NCBI GenBank assembly: GCA_947626685.1
Contig: CANQTD010000001.1
Coordinates: forward strand, 34,393-98,392
Reading direction: 5' to 3'
DNA from: an uncultured Clostridia bacterium
GTDB lineage: Bacteria > Bacillota > Clostridia > Christensenellales > Borkfalkiaceae
DNA length: 64,000 nt
Numbering within the stretch: the stretch's first letter is position 1; every line of letters begins with the position of its first letter. The notes beneath the pieces are model-generated. The model ran no database searches. It worked only from the letters and a program-made list of their open reading frames with translations, and was not told where the DNA came from. A program made the translations under genes and the position numbers. Below, one piece after another: positions 17,643-26,755 of this stretch.

Positions 17643-18415
17643 TTCTTCGCTCTCGACGCGCGGAATTGAGCGCGCATTTCATAGAGTTTGTTCCTGAGCA
17701 GTTCCTCCGCCTCGGCATAGTCCTCGGGGGTGAGTTTTCTGCCGTAGTACTGCGAGAGTTCGAAGGGTTCGCCGAACACGACGTGCGTGACGCGGAACAC
17801 TTTGGGACGGTTGCAGATGACGAAGGGAACGATGGGCGTTTTCGTCTTGATCGCAAGGAGCGCGGTGCCGCCGTGGAAGGGCAAAAATTCGTCGCCCCCG
17901 CTCCTGTTGCGCATGCCCTCGGGGAACATGGAGAGCTTTTCCCCGTTGCGGAGCACCTTCATCGAGGAGATCACGGTGTGCACGTCCGACCCGTCGCGGT
18001 TGGCCCCGATCGCGCCGACGAGATACGCCCAATAGCCGATGACGGGCGCCTCGAGCACAGATTGTTTGGTGATGAAATGCACGCCTTCCTTCGTGGAGAG
18101 CGCGGGATAAAAGACGTCGAAGATATGATAGTGGTTCCCGAAATAGATGTACGCGCCCTTGCCGACCTTGTGCGGGCCGTGCAGCTTATACGGAAAGATG
18201 AGGAAGTGCATCCAATAGAAGAGGAAACGCAAAAAATTCATGAAGTGCATGATATGATACCCGTTCTTGTTGGCGGGGAACATGCGCACTTTTACGGCGC
18301 GCGCGGCGCGGCGTTCGCGTACTTTTTGCTTTCTCAGCTCCTTTTTTTCCTTCCGCGTGAGCTTTTTCGCGGCGGTCTGCGCGGAGGGCTCTTCGCTGCG
18401 GATCTCTTCTTCCAT
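17639..18415 (-). CDS. plsC: 1-acyl-sn-glycerol-3-phosphate acyltransferase family protein
   Basis: It has the HX4D motif (NHYHIFD) and FPEGMRNR. The N-terminal tail is basic. Its ATGA stop overlaps the ispH start. Confidence 0.8.
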   Translation of the reverse strand: MEEEIRSEEPSAQTAAKKLTRKEKKELRKQKVRERRAARAVKVRMFPANKNGYHIMHFMNFLRFLFYWMHFLIFPYKLHGPHKVGKGAYIYFGNHYHIFDVFYPALSTKEGVHFITKQSVLEAPVIGYWAYLVGAIGANRDGSDVHTVISSMKVLRNGEKLSMFPEGMRNRSGGDEFLPFHGGTALLAIKTKTPIVPFVICNRPKVFRVTHVVFGEPFELSQYYGRKLTPEDYAEAEELLRNKLYEMRAQFRASRAKK

Positions 18416-18419
18416 TATA

Positions 18420-19427
18420 CTATACTTTCTCCTGTATTTTGCTCTTGACGAAGGCGACCACCTCGTCGATCGTCATGTCGGAGGTGTCGACGCAGATCGC
18501 GTCGTCGGCGCGCCTTAAAGGAGCGAACGCGCGCGTGGAATCCTGCGCGTCGCGGCGGACGATCTCTTCCTTCAATTCCTCGAAGTCGACGGCATGCCCG
18601 TAGGCGACGAGCTCGTTGTACCGTCTCCTCGCGCGCACTTCGGGCGACGCGGTGAGGAAGAATTTGAAGTCGGCGTCGGGCAAGACGACGGTGCCGATGT
18701 CCCGCCCGTCGAGCACGCACGACATTTTCGACGCGATCTCGCGTTGCTTTTCCACGAGATGGCTGCGCACGCTCGGGTGTTTGGAGACGGTGGACGCCGC
18801 CATCGAGATCTGCGGGAGACGGATCTCCTCCGAGACGTCCCGCCCGTCGAGAAGGGTCTTTTGCCGCCCGTTCTCGTATTCGACGTCGATGCTGACGTCG
18901 CGCATCAGGTTGATGATCTCCCCCTCGTCGTCGGGCGAAACGCCCGCTTCGAGCACTTTGACGGCGCACGCGCGGTACATGGCGCCCGTATCCAGATAGA
19001 GGATATGATAGTCCTTTGCGATGCGCTTTGCCACGGTGGATTTTCCGCTCCCCGCGGGGCCGTCGATGGCAATGTTGTAGACGCTCGTGAGGTCCTTCCG
19101 CAAAACTTTCGCGCCGCGCAGATAGACGTGGTACGGCGTCATGTTCTTTTCGACGAAGAGCATGACGCGGATGCACAGCGCGAGCCCGCCGTCGATCTCG
19201 GGCTCCATCGCGGAGAAGAGCGAACAGCCCGCATACCCCGCTTCGCGGGCGGCCTTTGCGGGATAGTAGGAATGGATATCCGACGTCGAAGAAAATACGA
19301 TGCTCAGGATCTGGTCCCTGTTGAGAGAATTCCTGTTCATGATCTGTTCGAGCAGCTCTGCGACCGCCTTTCTGATCTCTTCCTTATCGTCCCGGGCGAC
19401 CGTCGTCGCGCCGCGTATCACTACCAT
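18420..19427 (-). CDS. cmk: AroH-type chorismate mutase fused to cytidylate kinase
   Basis: Residues 1-~115 are colinear with B. subtilis AroH (VIRGATTV...YPAKAARE...CIRVMLFVE...HVYLRGAKVLRKDL). Residues ~118-335 are Cmk (IAIDGPAGSGKSTVAK, LDTGAMYRA). It is a single uninterrupted ORF. Confidence 0.85.
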   Translation of the reverse strand: MVVIRGATTVARDDKEEIRKAVAELLEQIMNRNSLNRDQILSIVFSSTSDIHSYYPAKAAREAGYAGCSLFSAMEPEIDGGLALCIRVMLFVEKNMTPYHVYLRGAKVLRKDLTSVYNIAIDGPAGSGKSTVAKRIAKDYHILYLDTGAMYRACAVKVLEAGVSPDDEGEIINLMRDVSIDVEYENGRQKTLLDGRDVSEEIRLPQISMAASTVSKHPSVRSHLVEKQREIASKMSCVLDGRDIGTVVLPDADFKFFLTASPEVRARRRYNELVAYGHAVDFEELKEEIVRRDAQDSTRAFAPLRRADDAICVDTSDMTIDEVVAFVKSKIQEKV

Positions 19428-19447
19428 ATGCTCCTCCGCTTATATCA

Positions 19448-19476
19448 ATTATAGTGTTCTCACCGCAGAATGTCAA
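19448..19476 (-). promoter_or_regulatory. promoter of aroH-cmk (TTGACA-17-TATAAT)
   Basis: The minus strand reads TTGACAttctgcggtgagaacacTATAAT, 20 nt upstream of the GGAGGAG RBS. Confidence 0.7.
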
Positions 19477-19497
19477 TCCATTTTCAAAAGTCTGCGA

Positions 19498-19516
19498 TAT
19501 TATGCCTGTCATAATA
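19498..19516. repeat. AT-rich palindrome TATTATGcctgtCATAATA (family member)
   Basis: It lies 15 nt after the flavoprotein stop. Its flanks (ATAGTATTATG...CATAATATC on the minus strand) match the copies at 901..913 and 27450..27466. Confidence 0.55.
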
Positions 19517-19532
19517 CTATGCAAATTGCCCG

Positions 19533-20747
19533 TTATTCCCCTTTCCCCGCCGCATAGCCCGTGGAGAAAGCGATCTGCAGATTGAACCCGCCCGTGAACG
19601 CGTCGACGTCGAGCACTTCCCCGCAGAAAGAGAGCCCCTTTATCCGCTTTGACGCCATCGTCCTCGGGTCGACCTCTCGCAGGGAAACCCCGCCCGACGT
19701 CACGACCGCTTCGGCGAACCCGCGGAGGGAAACGGGCGTCATGGGAAACCTCTTCAACCGCTCCGCAAGGCGTCTGCGCTCCTCCTTCGTGACGGCGTTG
19801 GCCTGTTTTTCGGGCGGAATGTCCGCCGCGCGCAGGACCATCGCGCCGAGGCCTGCGGGAAGAAGCCCCCGCACGACGTTTTTCATCTGTTCGTTCCTGC
19901 GTCCGGAAAGATCCCGCAGAAGGCGCGCGTCGAGCTCCGCTTCTTTCATCGCGGGTTTGAAATCGGCGTACAGCGTCAGACCGTCTGTGCCGAGGCGGTT
20001 GATCTTCGCCGAGAGCGAGAGAACGAGGGGACCGCTGACGCCGTAGTGCGTGAAGAGAAATTCTCCGAACCCCGAATAGACCGTCTTTCCCGCCTTCTCC
20101 GCGCTGAGCACCGCGTTCTTTACGGAGACGCCCTGCACGGCGGCAAAATCCCCCTTGCAGTTGAGCCCCGTGAGGGAGGGAACGCACGGCGTGACCGTGT
20201 GCCCCGTCTCTTTTGCGAAACGGTAGCCGTCCCCCGTGGAGCCCGTCGAGGGGTAAGAGAGTCCGCCCGTTGCGACGATCACCTGTTCCGCCGCGATCGT
20301 TTCGCCGTTCGCGACGACGCCGCGCACTTCCCCGCCCTCGGTCAAAAGCTCCGTGACCTCGCAACCCAGCCTGATCTCCGCTCCCATTTGGCGGCAGGCG
20401 CGCTCGAGCGTCTTTGTCACGTCGCTCGCATGGTCGGATAGCGGAAACACGCGGTTTCCCCGCTCCGTTTTCAGCGCGAGGCCGTATCTTTCCAAAAGAG
20501 CCATCATGTCCGCGGGCGAAAAACGGTAGATCGCGCCGCGCAGAAACTTCTCGCCGTGAACGACGTTCGCGAGAAATTCATCGGGAGGGCAATCGTTGGT
20601 GAGATTGCACCGCCCCTTGCCCGTAATGTAGATCTTTTTGCCGAGCTTTTCATTTTTTTCGAGAAGGAGGACCTCGTGCCCGCTCTCCGCCGCGCTATAC
20701 GCCGCGAGGAGCCCCGACGCGCCTCCCCCGATCACGATCTTCCGCAT
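19533..20747 (-). CDS. HI0933/YhiN-family FAD-dependent oxidoreductase (aminoacetone-oxidase/BaiN-like)
   Basis: It has the dinucleotide fold IVIGGGASGLLAA...LLLEKNEKLGKK and ITGKGRCNLTN. It is 404 aa long. Confidence 0.85.
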   Translation of the reverse strand: MRKIVIGGGASGLLAAYSAAESGHEVLLLEKNEKLGKKIYITGKGRCNLTNDCPPDEFLANVVHGEKFLRGAIYRFSPADMMALLERYGLALKTERGNRVFPLSDHASDVTKTLERACRQMGAEIRLGCEVTELLTEGGEVRGVVANGETIAAEQVIVATGGLSYPSTGSTGDGYRFAKETGHTVTPCVPSLTGLNCKGDFAAVQGVSVKNAVLSAEKAGKTVYSGFGEFLFTHYGVSGPLVLSLSAKINRLGTDGLTLYADFKPAMKEAELDARLLRDLSGRRNEQMKNVVRGLLPAGLGAMVLRAADIPPEKQANAVTKEERRRLAERLKRFPMTPVSLRGFAEAVVTSGGVSLREVDPRTMASKRIKGLSFCGEVLDVDAFTGGFNLQIAFSTGYAAGKGE

Positions 20748-20802
20748 GAACGACTCCGATGCATATGCGAAAGCGAGGGCAATGCCCCCGCTTCGGTCCC
20801 GG

Positions 20803-22239
20803 TCATACCGGGTATGTCCCCGTCTTGGCGAGATCGGCGTCTACGCCCTCGCGCGCCGCCTTTCTCCACTTGAAAAAGTTTTCCGCGACCTCGGGGAAGG
20901 ACGCATACGAGAGCACATCCTCCTCCTGCGTGTAATAGCCCTTTGCGATGAGCTCCGCCTTGAGTTTTTCGTACTCGGGTTCGAGATCGTCGGCAGGGCG
21001 GTGGGTGATGCGCTTCTCCCCTTTCAGCACTTTTTCGGCGACTTCCTCGTTGATGGGCATCGGCACGCGGCCGTATTTGCCCGCAAAGAGATCGCGCGTC
21101 TCCTTCGTGACCATTTTGTACCGTTCCCCCATGACGACGTTCATCACGGCTTGGGTGCCGACGATCTGCGAAGAGGGCGTGACGAGCGGCGGGTAGCCGC
21201 AATCCCTTCTCACGTTGGGGACTTCCGCAAGCACTTCGCCGAGTTTTTCCTCCTTCCCCGCCTTTTTGAGCTGGTTCATGAGGTTGGAGAGCATGCCACC
21301 CGGCACCTGATAGATGAGCGTGTTGACGTCCACCTGCCGCACTTTCGGGTTGAGTGACCCCTCCTTTTCGAGTTCCTGCGCGACTTTTTTGAAGTGGTCC
21401 GCGATGGGAATGAGTTTTTCGAGGTCGATGCCCGTGTCGTACTCCGTCCCCTTGAGGGTGGCGACGAGCGGCTCGGTCGCGGGCTGCGACGTCCCGTTTC
21501 CGAGGGGAGAAAGCGCGGTATCGACGATGTCGACCCCCGCCATGATCGCCATGAGATTGACCATGTCGCCCGTGCCCGTCGTATTGTGGGTGTGCAGATG
21601 GAGCTTCGTCTCGGGGCGGAGCTCCTTTTTGAGCGCGGTCACGAGGTTGTATGCGTCGAAGGGAAGGAGCAGGTTCGCCATGTCCTTGATGCAGATATTG
21701 TCCGCGCCCATGCTCTCGTACGTCTTGGCGAGGCCGACAAAATAGTCCATCGTATAGACGGGACCCGAGGTGTAGGAGATCGCCGCCTCGCAGACGCCGC
21801 GCACGGGATCTGCCGCATGGAGCTGCCCTCCGTATTTTTTGATCGCCTTCATCGAGGCCTCGATGTTGCGGGGATCGTTGAGCGCGTCGAACACACGGAT
21901 GACGCCGATGCCGTTTTCAAAGCACTTTTCGACGAGTTTTTCAACGAGATCGTCCGCATAGTTGCGGTAGCCGAGCAGATTCTGCCCGCGCAGAAGCATC
22001 TGGATGGGCGTTTTTACGAGATATTTCCGCAGCGTTCTGAGCCGCTCCCACGGGTCCTCGTTGAGGAAGCGCATGCAAGTATCGAACGTCGCGCCGCCCC
22101 ATCCCTCGAGGGAATAGTAGCCCACTTCGTCGAGTTGGGAGAGGACGGGGATCATCTGCTCCGTCCGCATGCGCGTCGCGGCGTGCGATTGGTGCGCGTC
22201 GCGCAGAATGGTATCCATGATCATTACTTTTTTAGCCAT
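20803..22239 (-). CDS. oxaloacetate decarboxylase alpha / transcarboxylase 5S-type carboxyltransferase, without a biotinyl domain
   Basis: The TIM-barrel carboxyltransferase N-terminus is IMDTILRDAHQSHAATRMR. At 478 aa it ends before any AMKM biotin module. Confidence 0.88.
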   Translation of the reverse strand: MAKKVMIMDTILRDAHQSHAATRMRTEQMIPVLSQLDEVGYYSLEGWGGATFDTCMRFLNEDPWERLRTLRKYLVKTPIQMLLRGQNLLGYRNYADDLVEKLVEKCFENGIGVIRVFDALNDPRNIEASMKAIKKYGGQLHAADPVRGVCEAAISYTSGPVYTMDYFVGLAKTYESMGADNICIKDMANLLLPFDAYNLVTALKKELRPETKLHLHTHNTTGTGDMVNLMAIMAGVDIVDTALSPLGNGTSQPATEPLVATLKGTEYDTGIDLEKLIPIADHFKKVAQELEKEGSLNPKVRQVDVNTLIYQVPGGMLSNLMNQLKKAGKEEKLGEVLAEVPNVRRDCGYPPLVTPSSQIVGTQAVMNVVMGERYKMVTKETRDLFAGKYGRVPMPINEEVAEKVLKGEKRITHRPADDLEPEYEKLKAELIAKGYYTQEEDVLSYASFPEVAENFFKWRKAAREGVDADLAKTGTYPV

Positions 22240-22282
22240 GCTATTTACCTTTTCAGCCTCCGATTTTTAAGCGGGAAAAATT

Positions 22283-23479
22283 CTACCCGAAGCATGCGAG
22301 CAACACGCCCGCGGCGAGCGCAGAGCCGATGACGCCCGCGACGTTGGGCCCCATCGCGTGCATGAGCAGGTGGTTGGACGGGTCGTATTCCCGTCCGACG
22401 TCCTCCGAGATCCGCGCCGCCATAGGCACCGCCGAAACGCCTGCCGAGCCGATGAGCGGATTAATCTGCCCCTTTGTCAGTTTGCACATGACTTTCGCGG
22501 TGAGGATCCCTCCGATCGTGCCGCAGTAGAAGGCGACGACGCCGATGAAGATGATCTCAAGCGTATCCACCGTGAGGAAGATCTCCCCCTTCGCTTTGCA
22601 GCCGACGGCTATGCCGAGGAAGATGGTGACCGTATTCATGAGCCCGTTCTGCGCCTGCGAGGAGAGCCGCTCGACAACGCCCGACTCCCGCAGAAGATTT
22701 CCGAGCATGAGCATGCCGAGGAGCGGCATGGCGTCGGGAAGTATGAGCCCGACCACGAGCGTGATCGCGATCGGGAAGATGATCTTCTCCACTTTGGAGA
22801 CCCTTCTCAACGGCTTCATGCGGATCATGCGCTCCTTTCTCGTCGTCAGAAGGCGCATGACGGGCTTTTGGATCACGGGGATGAGGGCCATGTAGGAATA
22901 GGCGGCGATGGCGATCATGGGGAGCAGCTTTTCGGCGAGTTTCTTGGCGACATAGATCGCCGTGGGACCGTCCGCGCCGCCGATGATGGCGATCGCGGCC
23001 GCCTGCGCGTTGTCGAAGCCGAGGAGCATCGCGCCGAAGAGGGCGACAAAGATGCCGAGCTGCGCGCCTGCGCCGATGAACATGCTCTTGGGATTGGCGA
23101 TGAGCGGGCCGAAATCGGTCATTGCGCCGATGCCGAGGAAGATGAGCGGCGGATAGATGACCTTATCCACACCGTAGTAGAGATACCACAGAAGCCCGCG
23201 GGTCTCGGGGAGCACATTCTCATAGAGATGTTCCGTGGCGTCCGCCGCATATCTCCCCCAAAGGACATTTTCCGCGCCGGGGATGTTGATGAGGAACATG
23301 CCGAACGCGATCGGGAGAAGGAGCATCGGCTCGAACTTCTTCACGATGGCAAGATAGAAGAGCACGCACGAGATGGCGAGCATCACCCAATTCTGCCACA
23401 AATATCCCTGCGCGAGCCCCATAGACTGCCACAGATCGGAAAAGATCTTTCCGAAGTCGAGAGCAAGTAAATTCTGCAT
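22283..23479 (-). CDS. sodium ion-translocating decarboxylase beta subunit (OadB/GcdB/MmdB family)
   Basis: It is a 398-aa polytopic membrane protein with family-typical segments (GIGAMTDFGPL, IIGGADGPT, AGVSAVPMAAR). Confidence 0.9.
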   Translation of the reverse strand: MQNLLALDFGKIFSDLWQSMGLAQGYLWQNWVMLAISCVLFYLAIVKKFEPMLLLPIAFGMFLINIPGAENVLWGRYAADATEHLYENVLPETRGLLWYLYYGVDKVIYPPLIFLGIGAMTDFGPLIANPKSMFIGAGAQLGIFVALFGAMLLGFDNAQAAAIAIIGGADGPTAIYVAKKLAEKLLPMIAIAAYSYMALIPVIQKPVMRLLTTRKERMIRMKPLRRVSKVEKIIFPIAITLVVGLILPDAMPLLGMLMLGNLLRESGVVERLSSQAQNGLMNTVTIFLGIAVGCKAKGEIFLTVDTLEIIFIGVVAFYCGTIGGILTAKVMCKLTKGQINPLIGSAGVSAVPMAARISEDVGREYDPSNHLLMHAMGPNVAGVIGSALAAGVLLACFG

Positions 23480-23491
23480 GGAATGTCTCCG

Positions 23492-23839
23492 TTAACCGAT
23501 CACGGCGAGCACGGCGTCCGATTCGACGTTCGTGCCCTTCTGGACCTGAAATGTGACCTTGCCGTCGCAGGGGGCCGTGATATCGTTGTCCATCTTCATC
23601 GCTTCGAGCACGAGGATGGGCTGGTCCTTTTTGACGGACGCGCCGTCTGCGACCAAGAGGTTCTTGATGAGGCCGGGGAAGGGCGACGTAACTTTCGTGC
23701 CCTTGCCGGGGATCGCTTTGGGTGCAGCGGGCGCGGGCTGTGCGGGCGCGGGCAGATCTGCCGCGGCTTGGGGAGCTCCCACTTCCTCCACGCTCACTTC
23801 ATAATGTTTTCCGTCTACTGTGATGATAAAATTGCGCAT
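23492..23839 (-). CDS. biotin carboxyl carrier protein (1.3S/GcdC/MmdC-like)
   Basis: It has the biotinylation motif LEAMKMDN and an Ala/Pro-rich linker. It is 115 aa long. Confidence 0.9.
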   Translation of the reverse strand: MRNFIITVDGKHYEVSVEEVGAPQAAADLPAPAQPAPAAPKAIPGKGTKVTSPFPGLIKNLLVADGASVKKDQPILVLEAMKMDNDITAPCDGKVTFQVQKGTNVESDAVLAVIG

Positions 23840-23860
23840 TTGCGTTCTCCTTGATTGCGG

Positions 23861-24193
23861 TTATATTCTTCTGATCTTGCGGACGACGAAGTCGCACTTC
23901 TGCCGCTCGCCCGCGGTATAGACGGCGATGGCGGCGGTGATGGCGGCGACGACTTCGGGCGGGATCCCCTCTTCGGCCGCGGATGCGGGAGCGGGGATCT
24001 TCGGGATCGCCGCCTCCTCTTTCCTCTGTTTCCTCTCGTTGATCTTCTTCATGACGAGGCCGAGCAATGTGAAGAAAGCGACGAGAAGCAAAATCCCCAA
24101 AAAGACGAAAACGAACCCGAATGCCGCGTAGAACGCGCCCTCTCCGAGATCGACCTTGATCCAACTGAACCAACTGCCGAGCAGATTCGTCAT
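23861..24193 (-). CDS. OadG-family small membrane subunit of Na+-decarboxylase
   Basis: It has a single N-terminal TM segment (FYAAFGFVFVFLGILLLVAFFTLLGLV) and a C-terminal AAITAAIAVY segment, typical of OadG/MmdD. Confidence 0.75.
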   Translation of the reverse strand: MTNLLGSWFSWIKVDLGEGAFYAAFGFVFVFLGILLLVAFFTLLGLVMKKINERKQRKEEAAIPKIPAPASAAEEGIPPEVVAAITAAIAVYTAGERQKCDFVVRKIRRI

Positions 24194-24196
24194 ACG

Positions 24197-25543
24197 TCAC
24201 CTCGAGAGCATCTGCAGGGAGGCTGCAAGATATTGTTTTACGAATTGCGGCTCGATGATATCGTCGAGATACCCGCCCTTCGCCGCATGGAAGGGATCGG
24301 CGTTCTCGTCGGCGTACCGTGCGGCGAGCGTCTCTTTGTCCGAACCTTCAAATTCGATCTGCGCGCCCGCCTCCGACTCGAAGAGCGCGATATGCGCCGT
24401 CGCGAACGCGAACGTATAGTCGAAGCCCGCCGACTTCGCCGCAAACAGGCTGTATCCGATGCCAACGGCGGAGCCCGAGATCACGGCGATCTTGGCCGCG
24501 TCCATTCCGTCGAGCGCGGAGAGATATTCCCCGATCTCCCCGAAAAGCGCGCTGTTCGCCGTCTCCATCGTCGCCTCCGCACCGAGACAATCGACAAAGG
24601 TGACGAAGGGAAGCCCGTAGCGGCAGGCAAATTCGGCAAACGCCCTGATCTTTTTCATGTTGCCCTCGTTGAGCCTCGCGCGGTCCATGACGACTGCCGC
24701 GACCGCTCTCCCGCCCAAGCGGCAGAGTACCGTTCTCATCTCGGGATGGGAATTGGCGGCGAGTTCGACGGGAGATTCGAGGAGGGAGAACACCCCCTTT
24801 GCGCCGCCCTCCGAATTGAGCGCGGGGACGGGCTCGTTGAGTTCCGCGTCGATCTCGGGGATGGCGAACAGATCGCACACGGCGAGGATCTTGGACGCGG
24901 CTTCTTTGACGTCCCGCACGAAAACCGCGGGCAGGTTCGCCTCCGTGAGCGCACGGTAGCCGCCCACTTCCGCGGGTTTGAGGTTCTTCCCCGCCTTTGC
25001 GGAGAGAACGAAGGGCGAATTGAGCGCGAGCGCGGAATCTTCCGTAAAGAATACGACGTCGCAGAGAGAAGCGAGCGCGGCGTTCGAACCGTACACCTCG
25101 CCGTCCGCGATTGCGAACTGAAGCACCGAACTCTTGAGGCGCGCCGCTTTCAGAAGGAGCTCCGCGATCCCCTCGAGGACCTCAACGCCCTCGCCGACGC
25201 GCACGCCGTACGACCGCAGAAGATAGACGACGGGCGTGCTCTGTTTTTCCGCGGCGTCGAGCGTTCTTACGATCTTGTCGCACGCCGCTTTGGAGAGCCC
25301 GCCCTTGAACAATTCGAAATTCTGCGCGACGATATAAAAAGGCAGACCGCCGATGGTCGCGAATCCCGTGACGACGCCCTCTCCGTGCGCGTTTTCGCCG
25401 AAGAGCGCGTCCTTTGAGAAAGCAAACGCACTTGTCTCGACGAAGCTGTCCTCATCGGCAAGCGCGCGGATCTGCGCGCGGACGTCTTTCCCCGCGGCGC
25501 GGACGGTCTCCTTTCTCTCTCTGAGCAACTGAATTTTGTCCAT
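24197..25543 (-). CDS. acyl-CoA carboxyltransferase-domain protein (12S / MmdA / GcdA-like, short and divergent)
   Basis: Internal ATG (MDKIQLLRERK) with RBS GAGG. It shows a two-lobed crotonase-like carboxyltransferase pattern (VVTGFATIGGLPFYIVAQNF, FVTFVDCLG, VISGSAVGIGY). At 448 aa it is shorter than typical family members. Confidence 0.75.
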   Translation of the reverse strand: MDKIQLLRERKETVRAAGKDVRAQIRALADEDSFVETSAFAFSKDALFGENAHGEGVVTGFATIGGLPFYIVAQNFELFKGGLSKAACDKIVRTLDAAEKQSTPVVYLLRSYGVRVGEGVEVLEGIAELLLKAARLKSSVLQFAIADGEVYGSNAALASLCDVVFFTEDSALALNSPFVLSAKAGKNLKPAEVGGYRALTEANLPAVFVRDVKEAASKILAVCDLFAIPEIDAELNEPVPALNSEGGAKGVFSLLESPVELAANSHPEMRTVLCRLGGRAVAAVVMDRARLNEGNMKKIRAFAEFACRYGLPFVTFVDCLGAEATMETANSALFGEIGEYLSALDGMDAAKIAVISGSAVGIGYSLFAAKSAGFDYTFAFATAHIALFESEAGAQIEFEGSDKETLAARYADENADPFHAAKGGYLDDIIEPQFVKQYLAASLQMLSR

Positions 25544-25588
25544 GATGACCTCTGATGGCGTCAAAAACACCAATTTCTACCGAATAAC

Positions 25589-25617
25589 ATTATACTCCAA
25601 AAAATAGGAAAAGGCAA
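25589..25617 (-). promoter_or_regulatory. promoter of the decarboxylase cluster (TTGCCT-17-TATAAT)
   Basis: The minus strand reads TTGCCTtttcctattttttggagTATAAT. Confidence 0.6.
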
Positions 25618-25670
25618 GCGTTGCGCACCATATTTTCCGCCGAATTTTTGCGTTCCCACTAAATACGGGA

Positions 25671-25700
25671 AGAAAAAGGCTCCGCGGTCAATGCGGAGCC
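25671..25700 (-). terminator. rho-independent terminator whose loop contains the stop codon of the TVP38 gene
   Basis: The minus strand reads GGCTCCGCattgaccGCGGAGCC followed by TTTTTCTT. Confidence 0.75.
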
Positions 25701-26716
25701 GGATCGTGATGCTGTTGTTTGTCCGATTTTTCGACGCCCTTCGAGACGATCGCCCCGTCCGGGCTCACGACCTCGATGCGGAATTCGTTCTTTTTGGGTT
25801 TCTCCTTGACGCGCGTCACGCGGCGGAACTTCCTTTCGAACCATGCAAGAATGGCGTCCGATTTCTTATAGAGGAAGATGAAGAGGGCCACGACCGCGGC
25901 GAGCAGGATCCCCCATATGAGCCAGCCCCACCATTTGTCGAGCGGGATGAGCGCCACGGTATAGCTCGTGGTGAAGATCGCGAGCACGCGAGAGATGAGG
26001 ATCACGACGAGAAAATACCAGATCGACATCGTGGAGATGCCCGCGACGAAGCAGAGCACGTCGTCGGGGAAAACGGGGAGCAAAAACATCGCGGTGAGCA
26101 AAAGTTTATCCTTCCCCTTGATCTTTTTCAGCCACTTCTCGAGCGTTTCCTTTCCGACGAGCCATGAGACGACGCGCTGGCCCGCATACCGCCCGACCAA
26201 AAAGGCGACGAGAGAGCCGATCAGGATCCCGAGAAGGCTCAACAGGCTCCCCTTCAGCGGTCCGAAGAGCGCAGCGCCCGCCGCAACGGTGACCGCGCTC
26301 GGAATGGGAAGGATGACGACCTGCAAAAACTGCAGGGCGGTGAACACGAAGCCCATCCATCCGCCCGACCTTTCGAGGTATGCTTCGAGCGCGTCCTCGT
26401 CCCGCATGATCTCGAAAAACCCCGTCGCAAGCAGCGCGTAGGCGACCGCCCCGAAAAAGACCGCCATCACATAGAGCGTGATGCAGCCCTTATAGAGGAC
26501 TTCTTTGCGGAGAAAGTAAAAGACGAAATCGGCGGCCAAGACGCCCGCGTTCAACACGCTCACGCCCGCGACCGCGCTCCACCAAAGCCAGTCCGCCCAC
26601 CGTCCGCGGAAGTACAAAAGGCACAGAATGAGAAAAACCTGCGTGGCTGCTGCCGCCAGCACCATACACACGATATGGATCGCGCTCCACAGCGCTCTTT
26701 TGCCCTTCTCGTCCAT
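25688..26716 (-). CDS. TVP38/TMEM64 (DedA-superfamily) membrane protein
   Basis: It is multi-TM, with the family core VILPIPSAVTVAAGAALFGP...GRYAG...LLPVFPDDVLCFVAG. Confidence 0.8.
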   Translation of the reverse strand: MDEKGKRALWSAIHIVCMVLAAAATQVFLILCLLYFRGRWADWLWWSAVAGVSVLNAGVLAADFVFYFLRKEVLYKGCITLYVMAVFFGAVAYALLATGFFEIMRDEDALEAYLERSGGWMGFVFTALQFLQVVILPIPSAVTVAAGAALFGPLKGSLLSLLGILIGSLVAFLVGRYAGQRVVSWLVGKETLEKWLKKIKGKDKLLLTAMFLLPVFPDDVLCFVAGISTMSIWYFLVVILISRVLAIFTTSYTVALIPLDKWWGWLIWGILLAAVVALFIFLYKKSDAILAWFERKFRRVTRVKEKPKKNEFRIEVVSPDGAIVSKGVEKSDKQQHHDPAPH

Positions 26717-26755
26717 ATTGATAGTATATACGCTTTTCGTCCGAAATATTTGCGT

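Noticed and set aside
20770-20790. GC hairpin GCGAGGGCaatGCCCCCGC between the 5S carboxyltransferase gene and the flavoprotein gene, as a possible terminator.
   Set aside because: It has a 3-nt loop, one mismatch, and only TTTCGC downstream on the minus strand. That is too weak to call.
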